From: Auritidibacter sp. Marseille-P8566
GTDB lineage: Bacteria > Actinomycetota > Actinomycetes > Actinomycetales > Microbacteriaceae
DNA: 64,000 nt
Direction of reading: 5' to 3'
Assembly (NCBI GenBank): GCA_945860535.1
Contig: CAMAQN010000001.1
Coordinates: 55,236 to 119,235 of the forward strand
Below are positions 1-10,261 of the stretch, piece by piece. Under the pieces are notes generated by a model that did no database searches, was not told the origin of the DNA, and saw nothing but the letters and a program-made list of their open reading frames with translations. The position numbers and the translations under genes were made by a program. Within the stretch, counting starts at the first letter, position 1; every line of letters begins with the position of its first letter.

Positions 1-71
1 GCGACACTTCTTGAGAGGTCCTCCCCCGCTAAAAGAGCACTCAGAGTGTTTGGCCAACTTTGTTCGGTCAT
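1..71 (-). CDS. trpD: Anthranilate phosphoribosyltransferase, 5' fragment (runs off window)
   Basis: Manual translation from ATG at 71 gives MTEQSWPNTLSALLAGEDLSRSV, which resembles actinobacterial TrpD N-termini. trpD is normally divergent from ctaE. TAGACT -10 lies 6 nt upstream. Confidence 0.75.
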   Translation of the reverse strand, partial: MTEQSWPNTLSALLAGEDLSRSV

Positions 72-175
72 GCCAGCAGTCTATCGAGGCTATTTATGCC
101 CACCAGTCCATAAATTGTTCGAAATTCCCCTGTTACAGCAGGCATCGACCGAGGTTGGTGGGGTAAACTATAGGT

Positions 176-802
176 ATGTCTGCAACCACTTTGCCCGCCA
201 TGCACGGCGGAACTATCAATAGGCCAAACGCCACCAGCGTTGGAACCATCGTCTGGCTTGGTAGCGAGGTTATGTTCTTTGCTGGCCTCTTCGCAATGTA
301 CTTCAGCCTTCGCGCTGGTGCTCCAGACCTTTGGGCTAGTGAGACTCAGATTTTGAACGTGCCATTCGCACTTGTAAACACCTTGATACTGGTAGCAAGT
401 TCATTTACCGCTCAGTTCGGTGTGTTCGCAGCAGAGCGCATGCAGCCAAGACGCACCGGTTGGTCCCCTGCGAAGTGGGGAATGGTTGAGTGGTTCTTTC
501 TAACCTATGTAATGGGCGCAATTTTCGTCGCGGGTCAGGTTTGGGAGTACGCAACCCTCGTTTCTGAGGGTGTGGCTCTGAACTCAAACTCTTACGGCTC
601 TGCCTTCTACATCACCACCGGCTTCCACGCTCTGCACGTGACCGGCGGATTGATCGCATTCTTGCTTGTTATTGGTCGCGCCTACGCAGCCAAGAACTTC
701 GGCCACAAGGAAGCCACTAGCGCCATCGTGGTTTCTTACTACTGGCACTTCGTCGACGTGGTGTGGATCGGACTATTCGTAGTCGTCTACATCTTGAAAT
801 AA
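176..802 (+). CDS. ctaE: Cytochrome c oxidase subunit III
   Basis: [21 protein letters not shown] and YWHFVDVVW motifs; precedes qcrCAB. Confidence 0.97.
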   Translation: MSATTLPAMHGGTINRPNATSVGTIVWLGSEVMFFAGLFAMYFSLRAGAPDLWASETQILNVPFALVNTLILVASSFTAQFGVFAAERMQPRRTGWSPAKWGMVEWFFLTYVMGAIFVAGQVWEYATLVSEGVALNSNSYGSAFYITTGFHALHVTGGLIAFLLVIGRAYAAKNFGHKEATSAIVVSYYWHFVDVVWIGLFVVVYILK

Positions 803-1600
803 ATGGAGAAACTGTTGAACCAGGAAAAGCCGATGCGCCGTCGCCCTTGGGCGATTGGCTTCGTAATCTTTCTAGGGCTCGTGCTGTCTGGTGGCGGCTA
901 TGCAGCGGCAACCAACGTGGTGCAGGCTGAGGTATCAAATGCTGACCAGGTTGCTGAAGGCCGCAAGCTCTTCTTGGCGAACTGTGCCAGCTGTCACGGA
1001 TCCAATGGTGAAGGCGCAATTGGTGGCCCAAGCTTGATCGGTGTCGGAGCTGCATCGGTTGACTTCCAGGTTGGTACCGGTCGCATGCCTGGTCAGGCAT
1101 CTGGCCCTCAGCTATACAAAAAGCCCGTTCAGTTCACTGAAGAGCAGATTTCTGCAATGGCCGCTTACGTTGCCTCCTTGGCCCCTGGCCCTGCAATCCC
1201 AGACGCGGAGTACCTGCGCACCACGGGTGAAGACATTGACATGACTCACGGTAGTGAACTGTTCCGCATCAACTGTGCGATGTGCCACAACGCCGTTGGC
1301 GCAGGTGGAGCACTAACCCAGGGTAAGTTCGCGCCTGCCCTTGGCGGTGTAACCGAGAAGCACATCTACGAGGCGATGATTACCGGCCCCCAGAACATGC
1401 CAGTTTTCAACGACGCAAACCTAACCCCTGAAGACAAGCGAGACATCATCGCTTATTTGAAGTATGTGGAAGAAGCCGAGTCTGTTGGTGGTTATGAATT
1501 AGCGTCTATCGGTCCGGTGGCCGAGGGTCTATTTGTTTGGATCTTCGGATTGGGCTTCATCATTGCAATCACCGTATGGCTTGGCGCCAAGGCTAACTAG
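803..1600 (+). CDS. qcrC: Cytochrome bc1 complex diheme cytochrome c subunit
   Basis: Two CxxCH motifs (CASCH, CAMCH), N- and C-terminal TM helices; start may be slightly downstream. Confidence 0.97.
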   Translation: MEKLLNQEKPMRRRPWAIGFVIFLGLVLSGGGYAAATNVVQAEVSNADQVAEGRKLFLANCASCHGSNGEGAIGGPSLIGVGAASVDFQVGTGRMPGQASGPQLYKKPVQFTEEQISAMAAYVASLAPGPAIPDAEYLRTTGEDIDMTHGSELFRINCAMCHNAVGAGGALTQGKFAPALGGVTEKHIYEAMITGPQNMPVFNDANLTPEDKRDIIAYLKYVEEAESVGGYELASIGPVAEGLFVWIFGLGFIIAITVWLGAKAN

Positions 1601-1611
1601 GGAGAATTCGA

Positions 1612-2640
1612 ATGAGTGAAATCGAGAAGGTTTACCCAGCGGGTCTTGCAACAAACATTCAAAAGCCAATTTCAGACCCAGGAATTGAGCCTCACCGCGT
1701 TCGCATGACGGACAAGAGCGAAAAGGCCGCCAAGGGAGCCGAGCAGCAGATTGCTGTGATGTTTGGAATCTCAATCGTCGGCGCGATCATCGCCATCTGG
1801 GGTTTCTTCGCATTTCCAATTGCAGATTTGGCTGACACTAGAAACAACACCCTCTGGATGGGCATCGGCATGGGACTGAGCCTTTTGGGTATCGGTTTTG
1901 GTGCTGTGCACTGGGCCAAAACCCTGATGCCAGATCACGAAGTTGCTGAGGCTCGTCACCAAGCTCGAAGCAATGACGAATCTCGTGCCAAGGCGATCGA
2001 AATTATCAAGACCGCTGACGCGGAGTCTGGCTTTACCCGCCGCAAGCTAATTAGACGTTCGCTATACGGAGCGCTTGCAGTTTTCCCAATCCCAGCTCTA
2101 GTCATCTTCGGAGATCTTGGACCTCAGGTTGGAAACACCTTGAAGCACACCATCTGGAAAAAGGGTGTTCGATTGGTTCGTGACTCCGCCGAAGGTGGCA
2201 CCGCAATCAAGGCTTCCGAGGTAACTATCGGTTCGGTGTTCCACGTAGTTCCTGAGAACCTTAAGGACATCGAGGATCACGCTGAGAAGCTAAACCAGAA
2301 GGCAAAGGCAGCGGTGCTCTTGGTCCGCGTTGAACCTTCTGACCTTAGGGAAGATCCAGCCAAGGCTTCCTGGAGCTACGACGGTATCGTCGCCTACTCC
2401 AAGATTTGTACCCACGTGGGTTGCCCAGTAGCTCTCTATGAGCAGCAGACCCACCACCTGCTCTGCCCTTGCCACCAGTCGACATTTGACCTAGCAGACC
2501 ACTGCAAAGTCATCTTTGGACCGGCGTCAAGGCCTCTCCCCCAGTTGGCTATCGAAGTTGACGCTGAGGGATACCTGGTCGCACAAGGCGACTTCACCGA
2601 GCCCGTAGGGCCATCATTCTGGGACATAAGGCAGTCGTAA
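1612..2640 (+). CDS. qcrA: Rieske iron-sulfur subunit of cytochrome bcc
   Basis: CTHVGC and CPCHQS Rieske motifs; three TM helices; internal twin-arginine (TRRKLI). Confidence 0.97.
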   Translation: MSEIEKVYPAGLATNIQKPISDPGIEPHRVRMTDKSEKAAKGAEQQIAVMFGISIVGAIIAIWGFFAFPIADLADTRNNTLWMGIGMGLSLLGIGFGAVHWAKTLMPDHEVAEARHQARSNDESRAKAIEIIKTADAESGFTRRKLIRRSLYGALAVFPIPALVIFGDLGPQVGNTLKHTIWKKGVRLVRDSAEGGTAIKASEVTIGSVFHVVPENLKDIEDHAEKLNQKAKAAVLLVRVEPSDLREDPAKASWSYDGIVAYSKICTHVGCPVALYEQQTHHLLCPCHQSTFDLADHCKVIFGPASRPLPQLAIEVDAEGYLVAQGDFTEPVGPSFWDIRQS

Positions 2641-4295
2641 TGAGCACAACTACTGAACAAAAGCCAACCACTTTCATTGGTGGAGCCGCAAACTACCTTG
2701 ATGAGCGTCTAAGCCTCGGAGGGGTTCTAAAGAACTTCGGCCGCAAGGTCTTCCCGGATCACTGGAGCTTCATGCTTGGTGAAGTGGCAATGTACTCATT
2801 CGTGGTGCTGCTCATTTCCGGCACCTTCCTAACCTTCTTCTACCAGCCATCGATGGCATCGGTTCATTATGAAGGCAGCTACGCACCACTAAAGGGTGCT
2901 GAGATGTCGATTGCCTACGCGTCGAGCTTGGACATTAGCTTTGATATCCGCGGTGGACTGCTAATGCGCCAGGTCCACCACTGGGCCGCGCTTTTGTTCG
3001 TGGCTGCTGCAGGACTTCACATGCTTCGCGTCTTCTTCACCGGGGCATTCCGTAAGCCCCGTGAGCTGAACTGGATTGTCGGATTCTTCCTGTTCCTTGC
3101 CGCCATGGGTGGTGGATTCACCGGTTACTCCCTGCCAGATGACTTGCTATCCGGTAACGGACTTCGAATCATCGATGGAATGCTCAAGGCAATCCCATTC
3201 ATCGGTCCATCTGTGTCCTCTGGACTCTTCGGTGGCGAGTTCCCTGGTGACGAGATCGTTGCGCGTCTTTACAGCCTGCACATCATGATCATCCCAGCGC
3301 TGATTATCGTTTTGCTAGCAGTTCACTTGATGATGGTCATCATCCACAAGCACACCCACTACTCGGGACCTGGAAAGACCGACGAGAACGTCGTTGGTTT
3401 CCCACTGATGCCGGTATACGTTGCAAAGGCTGGTGGATTCTTCTTCCTAGTCTTCGGTGTACTGATGGCGATTGCTGCAACCTTCACCATCAACCCAATT
3501 TGGAACTACGGCCCTTATGACCCGTCGCCAGTTTCCGCTGGTACTCAGCCTGACTGGTACATCGGCTGGCTAGATGGTGCTTTGCGTCTTGCGCCTTCCA
3601 GGCTGGATGTTGAGCTACTAGGCGTCGTGCTGCCGTTTGGCGTATTGATTCCGTTGGTTATCTCACTTGTGTTCCTTGGTGTCGTCGCCGCCTACCCATT
3701 CATTGAGAAGTGGGTAACGGCAGATGACCGTGAGCACCACGTGCTTGACCGTCCACGCAACGCTCCAACCAGAACAGCTATCGGCGCAGCAGGAGTTATG
3801 TTCTACGCAGTGCTGTGGGCTGGTGCTTCTACCGACTTGATCGCTACCAACTTCCAGATGAACCTGAACCAGGTGCTTACCAGCATGCAGATTCTGTTGA
3901 TCATCGGACCGGTAATTGCCTACTGGGTAACCAAGCGTGCCTGCCTTGCACTTCAGCGCAAGGACCGCGAGATTGCCCTACACGGTCGAGAGACTGGTCG
4001 AGTAGTTCGTTTGCCACACGGTGAGTACATCGAGGTTCACGAGCCGGTAGATAAGTATGAGCTATGGAAGCTAGTTGACTTCAAGGACTACCAACCAACC
4101 CTTGCTCGTCCAAACTCTCAGGGCAAGATCACTGTTTCCAGCAAGATTCGCGCAGCGCTTTCGAGCCTCTACTTCGAGGACCGCATTGCTCCGGTTTCAA
4201 AGGCCGAGTACGAACTTGCACACGCTGACCACTCCCCTGCCCCAGCGGTAGAGAAGCCAAAGCGTAAGCCAAGAGAATTGGCTTCAAAGAAGTAA
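2640..4295 (+). CDS. qcrB: Cytochrome b subunit of cytochrome bcc
   Basis: HHWAA and HMLRVFFTGAFRKPRE motifs; PDWY Qo motif typical of actinobacteria. Confidence 0.97.
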   Translation: MSTTTEQKPTTFIGGAANYLDERLSLGGVLKNFGRKVFPDHWSFMLGEVAMYSFVVLLISGTFLTFFYQPSMASVHYEGSYAPLKGAEMSIAYASSLDISFDIRGGLLMRQVHHWAALLFVAAAGLHMLRVFFTGAFRKPRELNWIVGFFLFLAAMGGGFTGYSLPDDLLSGNGLRIIDGMLKAIPFIGPSVSSGLFGGEFPGDEIVARLYSLHIMIIPALIIVLLAVHLMMVIIHKHTHYSGPGKTDENVVGFPLMPVYVAKAGGFFFLVFGVLMAIAATFTINPIWNYGPYDPSPVSAGTQPDWYIGWLDGALRLAPSRLDVELLGVVLPFGVLIPLVISLVFLGVVAAYPFIEKWVTADDREHHVLDRPRNAPTRTAIGAAGVMFYAVLWAGASTDLIATNFQMNLNQVLTSMQILLIIGPVIAYWVTKRACLALQRKDREIALHGRETGRVVRLPHGEYIEVHEPVDKYELWKLVDFKDYQPTLARPNSQGKITVSSKIRAALSSLYFEDRIAPVSKAEYELAHADHSPAPAVEKPKRKPRELASKK

Positions 4296-4305
4296 TAGCT
4301 TCAAC

Positions 4306-4336
4306 AAAAACCCCGATCAGTTGATCGGGGTTTTTT
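4306..4336 (+). terminator. Intrinsic terminator after qcrB (potentially bidirectional)
   Basis: AAAAA-CCCCGATCA-GT-TGATCGGGG-TTTTTT hairpin flanked by A and T tracts. Confidence 0.9.
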
Positions 4337-4373
4337 ACTGCGCTGTGATCAGTCAATAGGGAGAGTTAAGGGC

Positions 4374-4403
4374 AAAAGCCCCGAGGTATTAGCCCGGGGC
4401 TTT
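4374..4403 (-). terminator. Intrinsic terminator downstream of tmRNA
   Basis: AAAAGCCCCG...CGGGGCTTT inverted repeat a few nt past the tmRNA 3' end. Confidence 0.8.
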
Positions 4404-4409
4404 CTAACG

Positions 4410-4778
4410 TGGAGATGGGGGGAATTGAACCCCCGTCCATTGCAAAGATTGTGACTCTTCTACGGGTGTAGCTTCATAAGTCGTTCTACTCGGCCCCTGA
4501 ATTTGTCTGAAGCAACTACGCAGACAGGCCCAGTCACAGTAAAAGTCCCGAGTGAGCCTGTGACGCGCTCAACCAGCAAGATTTCTAAATGACGTCTGGG
4601 TCTAGGACGAAATCAAACCTAGTCAGACGGACTTCGGGGCTAGCTTATGCGGCTAGGGCGAAGTCGGCGCGCTTTGTATTGGCACCTATTGTTTTGCACA
4701 GATCGTTTACGAGATAACTGTGCATCCTCGACCCGCTTCATTCACGCAAACACTGCAGTGTCGAAACCGATCATCCCC
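4410..4778 (-). ncRNA. ssrA: tmRNA; tag reading frame ANTKRADFALAA* at 4683-4645
   Basis: 5' GGGGATGATCGGTTTCGAC; 3' GGGGGTTCAATTCCCCCCATCTCCA tRNA-Ala-like end (CCA not fully encoded); internal tag ORF ending ALAA-stop; TAGTAT -10 upstream. Confidence 0.97.
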
Positions 4779-4853
4779 ATGTTTAGTTTTGTAGTAACGT
4801 CTTGGACTTGCCAAGGCCACCATACTAACAGCACCGGCTGACAGTGCGCTGAG

Positions 4854-5405
4854 TTAGAACTGCTGCAAGGCCTGCGCGGTGGTTAGAACGGTCGCAAATT
4901 CGCGATCCAGGTTTGCGGCTGTCACCCGCATCACATCGGCCGCGCTGGTGACTGAACCGTCTGAATGCTTGAGATCAAAGGCGTCTGTTGCATCAATTAC
5001 AAAACTGGCTTGGTAGCCAAGATTGCCAGCCATCCGGGCAGTTGTTTCACAGCACTTGTTTGTCGTGATGCCACAGATAACGACGTTTCTGTAGTTACGC
5101 TTTGCTAGCCAAAGGTGGAGATCAGGAGTTCCGTAAAAGGCAGAGTTCACGGATTTCTGGATTACCGCGTCCCTTGAGCCCTCAAGGAAAGGTTCGAGGT
5201 TATTACCAGGACTGCCAGAGAAAAGCGGAGAGTCAGGATGTTTGGAATTGTGCTTTACAACGACTATCGGGAGCTTCTTGCTGCGCCAGTGCTCCACAAG
5301 GCTCTCGATGTTACCCAGCGCCGCATTGTTGCCGTTAGCGCCCCAGATTGGGTCACGGAAGCCCTGTTGGACATCGATGACTATGAGTACTGGGTCTGCG
5401 CTCAA
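4854..5405 (-). CDS. Isochorismatase-family cysteine hydrolase
   Basis: LIVIDVQQGF, KSVNSAF and GITTNKCCETTAR motifs (Asp-Lys-Cys triad). Confidence 0.9.
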   Translation of the reverse strand: MSADPVLIVIDVQQGFRDPIWGANGNNAALGNIESLVEHWRSKKLPIVVVKHNSKHPDSPLFSGSPGNNLEPFLEGSRDAVIQKSVNSAFYGTPDLHLWLAKRNYRNVVICGITTNKCCETTARMAGNLGYQASFVIDATDAFDLKHSDGSVTSAADVMRVTAANLDREFATVLTTAQALQQF

Positions 5406-5412
5406 GGGTTAC

Positions 5413-5826
5413 TTAGTGAGCGTGTGCGCCGCGGCTGTACTCGTAAACAAATCCAACCAATGCAATCATTGCGAATGGGAAAGCGATGAAGAATAGCCAC
5501 CACCCAACGGCCAAGGATGCGAATGCCATGGCGCAAGTAATACCAAGCATTAGTGGCCACCAGCTCCAAGGTGAGTAGAAACCCACCTCGCCAGTCTCGT
5601 CCTCAATGTTGCCAAGTAGGTTGTCCTCGGGCAAGGTCCCTGAACGTCGCATGCCGGACCAGAGGTAGTAGGCGATGAAGACGGAGAGGATAACCAAAAG
5701 GCCAATTGCAGCGGTACCGATTGGTTCCACCTGGCCAAATTCCAGGTGGCTCCAGATTCCATAGGCAATGTCAGCAACTGTGAAATATGCCGCCATCACC
5801 AAGAGGATGACAATGTTGGAACGCAT
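5413..5826 (-). CDS. ctaF: Cytochrome c oxidase subunit 4
   Basis: Hydrophobic protein with PED and GFYSPWSWWP motifs; downstream of ctaD. Confidence 0.93.
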   Translation of the reverse strand: MRSNIVILLVMAAYFTVADIAYGIWSHLEFGQVEPIGTAAIGLLVILSVFIAYYLWSGMRRSGTLPEDNLLGNIEDETGEVGFYSPWSWWPLMLGITCAMAFASLAVGWWLFFIAFPFAMIALVGFVYEYSRGAHAH

Positions 5827-7517
5827 TAGATGCGGCCCTCCTTGGCATAAGATTCCTTGGCCTCAGGAGAGGCATACTCAGGGTGGTTCAAATCGAACGC
5901 TGGCGACTCCGAACGAATCCTAGGAATCGAGTGGAAGTTGTGACGAGGGAATGGTGAATCAGTTGCCCACTCCAATGACCTTCCGTAACCCCAAGGGTCC
6001 TTCAGCTCAGTCTTGACGCCCTTGCGAGCGGTAACCCAAACATTCCAGAGAAATGGGATCATCGAAAGCGCGAGGATTGCAGCACCAAGGGTCGAAATGA
6101 TGTTCATCTCAGCAAAGCCATCTTCTGGCAGATAGGTAGCGTAACGACGAGGCATGCCAATTACACCCAACCAGTGCTGGATCAAGAACGTGACGTGGAA
6201 GCCGATAAATAGCAACCAGAAGTGAATCTTTCCTAGGCGTTCGTTCAGCATCTTGCCGGTGAACTTTGGCCACCAGAAGTAGAAGCCTGCAAACATTGCA
6301 AAGACCACAGTTCCAAACACTACGTAGTGGAAGTGAGCAACAACAAAGTAGCTGTCAGAAAGGTGGAAGTCCAAGACAGGAGAGGCCAGGATTACACCGG
6401 TCAAACCACCGAACACGAAGCTAACGAGGAAGCCCAAGCTGAAAAGCATTGGAGTCTCGAAGGTAATTGATCCCTTCCACATGGTTCCGATCCAGTTAAA
6501 GATTTTCACACCGGTGGGGACGGCAATCAGCATCGTTGTGAATGCGAAGAATGGCAGAAGCACCTGTCCGGTGACGTACATGTGGTGAGCCCAAACCGTC
6601 ATCGAGAGAGCCGCAATCGAAATCGTTGCGTAAACCAAGGTCCTATAACCAAAGATTGGCTTTCGGCTAAACACCGGGAAAATCTCGGAAACAATTCCAA
6701 AGAATGGCAAAGCCAAGATGTAAACCTCTGGGTGACCGAAGAACCAGAACAGGTGTTGCCACAACATGGCTCCACCGTTCTCTGGATCAAAGATGTGAGC
6801 CCCGAACTTACGGTCGGCACCAAGAGCAAACAGCGCTGCAGCTAGGGGTGGGAAACACATGATTACCAGAATCGAAGTCACCAGGGTGTTCCAGGTGAAA
6901 ATCGGCATGCGCCACATCGTCATACCAGGAGCTCGCATGGTGATGATGGTTGTGATGAAGTTCACACCACCCAGAATTGTTCCGAATCCGGAAAGCGCTA
7001 GACCAAAGACCCATAGATCTCCACCAATTCCCGGGGAGAAAGTGGTGTTTGAAAGCGGTGCGTAGGCAAACCAACCAAACGAAGCCGCACCCTGAGGCGT
7101 AAAGAAGCCGGAAACAGCGATCAAGCTACCGAAATTGTAGAACCAGTAGGCGATTGCGTTTAGACGCGGGAATGCCACATCCGGTGCACCAATCTGGACC
7201 GGCATCAAAACGTTTGCGAAACCAGCGAACAGCGGTGTTGCAAACATCAAAAGCATGATGGTTCCGTGCATTGTGAACAGCTGGTTGTACTGCTCTTTGG
7301 AGGCGACAATGTCAAGTCCAGGCAGGGTGAGCTGGGCACGAATGATCAGGGCCATAACGCCACCGATCATGAAGTAAATGAAAGAGGTGATCAGGTACAG
7401 GTAACCGATCTTCTTGTGGTCGGTGGTGGTTAGCCAGTCAACCAAGATTTGACCCTTGGAGCGCTTAGGGGTAAAAGAAACTGGATTCGTAAGCGTCGGA
7501 GTGAGTGTGGTTGCCAT
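5826..7517 (-). CDS. ctaD: Cytochrome c oxidase subunit I (aa3, A1 type)
   Basis: [21 protein letters not shown] and HFHYV motifs. Confidence 0.98.
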   Translation of the reverse strand: MATTLTPTLTNPVSFTPKRSKGQILVDWLTTTDHKKIGYLYLITSFIYFMIGGVMALIIRAQLTLPGLDIVASKEQYNQLFTMHGTIMLLMFATPLFAGFANVLMPVQIGAPDVAFPRLNAIAYWFYNFGSLIAVSGFFTPQGAASFGWFAYAPLSNTTFSPGIGGDLWVFGLALSGFGTILGGVNFITTIITMRAPGMTMWRMPIFTWNTLVTSILVIMCFPPLAAALFALGADRKFGAHIFDPENGGAMLWQHLFWFFGHPEVYILALPFFGIVSEIFPVFSRKPIFGYRTLVYATISIAALSMTVWAHHMYVTGQVLLPFFAFTTMLIAVPTGVKIFNWIGTMWKGSITFETPMLFSLGFLVSFVFGGLTGVILASPVLDFHLSDSYFVVAHFHYVVFGTVVFAMFAGFYFWWPKFTGKMLNERLGKIHFWLLFIGFHVTFLIQHWLGVIGMPRRYATYLPEDGFAEMNIISTLGAAILALSMIPFLWNVWVTARKGVKTELKDPWGYGRSLEWATDSPFPRHNFHSIPRIRSESPAFDLNHPEYASPEAKESYAKEGRI

Positions 7518-7522
7518 TTGCC

Positions 7523-8395
7523 TTATCCCCTTGCCCCTGGGTTACCACCCGGAAGGTTTTGGTTTCTGTCGTAATCATTTGAAAGCTGACCAACGTTACC
7601 TTTGGCTGCTAGTTCAGCAATGTGAGCCGCATACTCTTCTTCAGATACGACCTTGACTCGGAACAACATCATTGAGTGGTACTCCCCACAAAGCTCGGCA
7701 CACTTTCCTGCGTATGTTCCCTCTTTGGTGGGAGTGAAATACATGTGGTTAGTCAGACCTGGGAACATGTCCTTCTTGTACAAGAAATCAATCACCCAGA
7801 AGGAGTGGATAACGTCGCGGGAACTCAGGTCGATCTTTACGGTCTTGTTGACTGGAAGATACAAGGTTGGAAGAGTCTCTGAGATGTTCTCTTCTTCGCC
7901 GGTGAACTGCGCCGCGATGCCAGAGTCAAAGACTTGCTCGTTGACGTAGTTGAAGTCCCAGCTCCACTGCTTAGCAATGACCGCGATAGAAATGTCCGAG
8001 TTTTCGTTCTTAGCCTCAATGGCCTGCATGTCGCGGGCGGTAAAAGCGAAAAATCCCAAAACCAAAATCAATGGCACAACGGTGAAAAGAGTCTCGATTG
8101 GCATGTTGTATCTCAGCTGCGCTGGCATCCCGGTCTCGCCCTTGCGACGACGGTAGACAACCAATGCCCATGCCATCAATGCCCAAGATACGAATCCAAC
8201 CAGCAGTAGCACGATCCAAGACGTGGTCCAAAGTCCAATGATTCGATCGGTGTGATTGGTAACGCCAGATGCGTCCGGCAGGAAACCACGCTCAAGTTGA
8301 GGGCTGCAGCCGGCTAGTAATAAAACGCTTGCTATAGAAGTGGCCACCAGGGCTATTCCACGACGATTCTTACTCAATGAGACATCCTTAAACAC
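7523..8395 (-). CDS. ctaC: Cytochrome c oxidase subunit II (lipoprotein)
   Basis: Lipobox LLAGC; DVIHSFW and [12 protein letters not shown] CuA site; start may be the TTG at 8377. Confidence 0.96.
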   Translation of the reverse strand: MFKDVSLSKNRRGIALVATSIASVLLLAGCSPQLERGFLPDASGVTNHTDRIIGLWTTSWIVLLLVGFVSWALMAWALVVYRRRKGETGMPAQLRYNMPIETLFTVVPLILVLGFFAFTARDMQAIEAKNENSDISIAVIAKQWSWDFNYVNEQVFDSGIAAQFTGEEENISETLPTLYLPVNKTVKIDLSSRDVIHSFWVIDFLYKKDMFPGLTNHMYFTPTKEGTYAGKCAELCGEYHSMMLFRVKVVSEEEYAAHIAELAAKGNVGQLSNDYDRNQNLPGGNPGARG

Positions 8396-8455
8396 TGCAG
8401 TATTGTCTCTAATTCTATCCCGCCGGGAGGCAGAATCTGCTGTGTTTACGCGCTT

Positions 8456-8797
8456 TTAGCTAAAAGAATCTCCGCAAGCGCAGCTACCAGCGGCGTTTGG
8501 GTTGTCGATTGTGAAGCCTTGTTTTTGGATTGAGTCCTCAAAATCAATGGAAGCGCCGTCCAGATAGGGCACGCTCATCTGATCAACCACTACCTCAACA
8601 CCGTTGTACTCAACAACTGCGTCAACTTCTTCAAGCTGCTCGTCGAAGAACAGCTGGTAAATCAAACCAGAGCAGCCACCAGGCTCAACTGCAACCCTCA
8701 GGCGCAGGTCGTCGCGACCCTCTGCAGCCAATAGCGCTTTAACCTTTGACACCGCGGTGTCGGTTAGCTTCACTCCGTGAGCTAGTACTTCGGTCAT
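8456..8797 (-). CDS. erpA: HesB/IscA-family Fe-S cluster insertion protein
   Basis: GGCSG and CACGDSF motifs. Confidence 0.93.
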   Translation of the reverse strand: MTEVLAHGVKLTDTAVSKVKALLAAEGRDDLRLRVAVEPGGCSGLIYQLFFDEQLEEVDAVVEYNGVEVVVDQMSVPYLDGASIDFEDSIQKQGFTIDNPNAAGSCACGDSFS

Positions 8798-8825
8798 TTT
8801 GCCTCCAAGTTTGTATCTAGTTTAA

Positions 8826-10229
8826 CTAATCTCGGGTCAGTTGATTCCCATGCAGCAAAAGCAATGCTTCCGCGGTCATGGCACGTTTGAGAGTTGGCAG
8901 GTGCTGCGACTCGTTTGGCGAGTGCGCCCTAGAGTCTGGTTCTTCGACTCCGGTGACCATGATTTCCGCATTTGGGAACATCGATGCGAAGGTCGAAATG
9001 AACGGTATAGAGCCGCCAACTCCGATGTTTACGGACTTTTCTGGCCAGGCTGCGCTGAAGGCTTCGTGGGCCAAGGTGGATCCCCAACCTTCCTTTGCCA
9101 AGTAGCCAGGACCCTTTTCAACCGCACCTAGCTCAACATGAGCTCCAAATGGCGCGTGATCCAAAAGGTGTTGTTGCAGCAGCTTAAGTGCATCTTGCGG
9201 GTCTTGGTCCGGAGCAATTCGCATTGAGATCTTGGCGCTAATTGACGGCTGAGCGGTATTTGAGGAAAGCGCAACCGTTGGTGCATCGATACCGATGACG
9301 GTGATCGCCGGTTCGCCCCAGGTTTGCTGAACCAAAGACTTGGTTCCCATCGGCTTGACGCCCGATAAAAGTCCAGCCAGGGCCGAGAATTCTGCTTCCT
9401 CAAGCGGTAAATCGTCGCACTTGGTTGAACGCAAGCCTTTGATAGCAACATCACCAGCATCGGTGGTAAGAGTTGCGAGGAGTTTGATCATGGCGGTCAT
9501 GGCATCCGGCAGCGGTCCACCGAACATGCCGGAGTGAACCGCATGGTCAAGGGTCTTTACAGTGAAAACCTGCGAGACCACTCCCCTGAGGCTGGTAGTT
9601 AGAGCTGGAATCTCTGTTGACCAGTTGGCACTGTCCGCCACGATGATCAGGTCTGCAGCTAAATCTTCACGATTTTCCGCCAAGAAATTGTCAAAAGATT
9701 CCGATCCCGCCTCTTCTTCGCCTTCGATAAAGATCGAAATCCCAAGATCTACTTCGCCAGCAAGCTCTTGCAGCGCACGAATGGCATAAAGGTGAGTAAT
9801 AATGCCGCTTTTATCATCAGAGACCCCGCGACCAAAAAGTCGATCACCCTTCAGAGTTGCGGTGAATGGGTCGGTCTCCCAAAGAGCACTATCCCCCGGT
9901 GGCTGGACATCGTGGTGTGCGTAAAGCAAAACGTGTGGGCGGTCTGGCTTGCCAGCGCGTCTAGCCAAAATGGCAGGTGAACCCATTTCGCCATCTGGCT
10001 TTGGTGCACGACGAATCTCCACCCAGTCAAAAAAGCCAAGATCCGAGAAGTACTTGGCAACCAGTTCGGCTGATCTTTCGAGGTTGTTGGCATCAAATGC
10101 CTCCCAGGTAATACCTGGGATCTTTACCATTTCGCCCAGTTGGCCAATGGCCTGAGGGAAGGAATCACTAATAAAGCCCGCAACTGGTTCAACAAGTGCT
10201 GGGTCAAGTGGTCTAGATGCAAATGTCAT
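8826..10229 (-). CDS. M20-family dipeptidase
   Basis: YAHHDVQP, GRGVSDDK, EGEEE and AHSPNES metal-binding motifs. Confidence 0.92.
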   Translation of the reverse strand: MTFASRPLDPALVEPVAGFISDSFPQAIGQLGEMVKIPGITWEAFDANNLERSAELVAKYFSDLGFFDWVEIRRAPKPDGEMGSPAILARRAGKPDRPHVLLYAHHDVQPPGDSALWETDPFTATLKGDRLFGRGVSDDKSGIITHLYAIRALQELAGEVDLGISIFIEGEEEAGSESFDNFLAENREDLAADLIIVADSANWSTEIPALTTSLRGVVSQVFTVKTLDHAVHSGMFGGPLPDAMTAMIKLLATLTTDAGDVAIKGLRSTKCDDLPLEEAEFSALAGLLSGVKPMGTKSLVQQTWGEPAITVIGIDAPTVALSSNTAQPSISAKISMRIAPDQDPQDALKLLQQHLLDHAPFGAHVELGAVEKGPGYLAKEGWGSTLAHEAFSAAWPEKSVNIGVGGSIPFISTFASMFPNAEIMVTGVEEPDSRAHSPNESQHLPTLKRAMTAEALLLLHGNQLTRD

Positions 10230-10261
10230 GCCGCTAATCTAGTGGCATATCTCGAAAGGCG

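Noticed and set aside
4647-4841. 64-aa + strand ORF
   Set aside because: Antisense to tmRNA; not protein-like.
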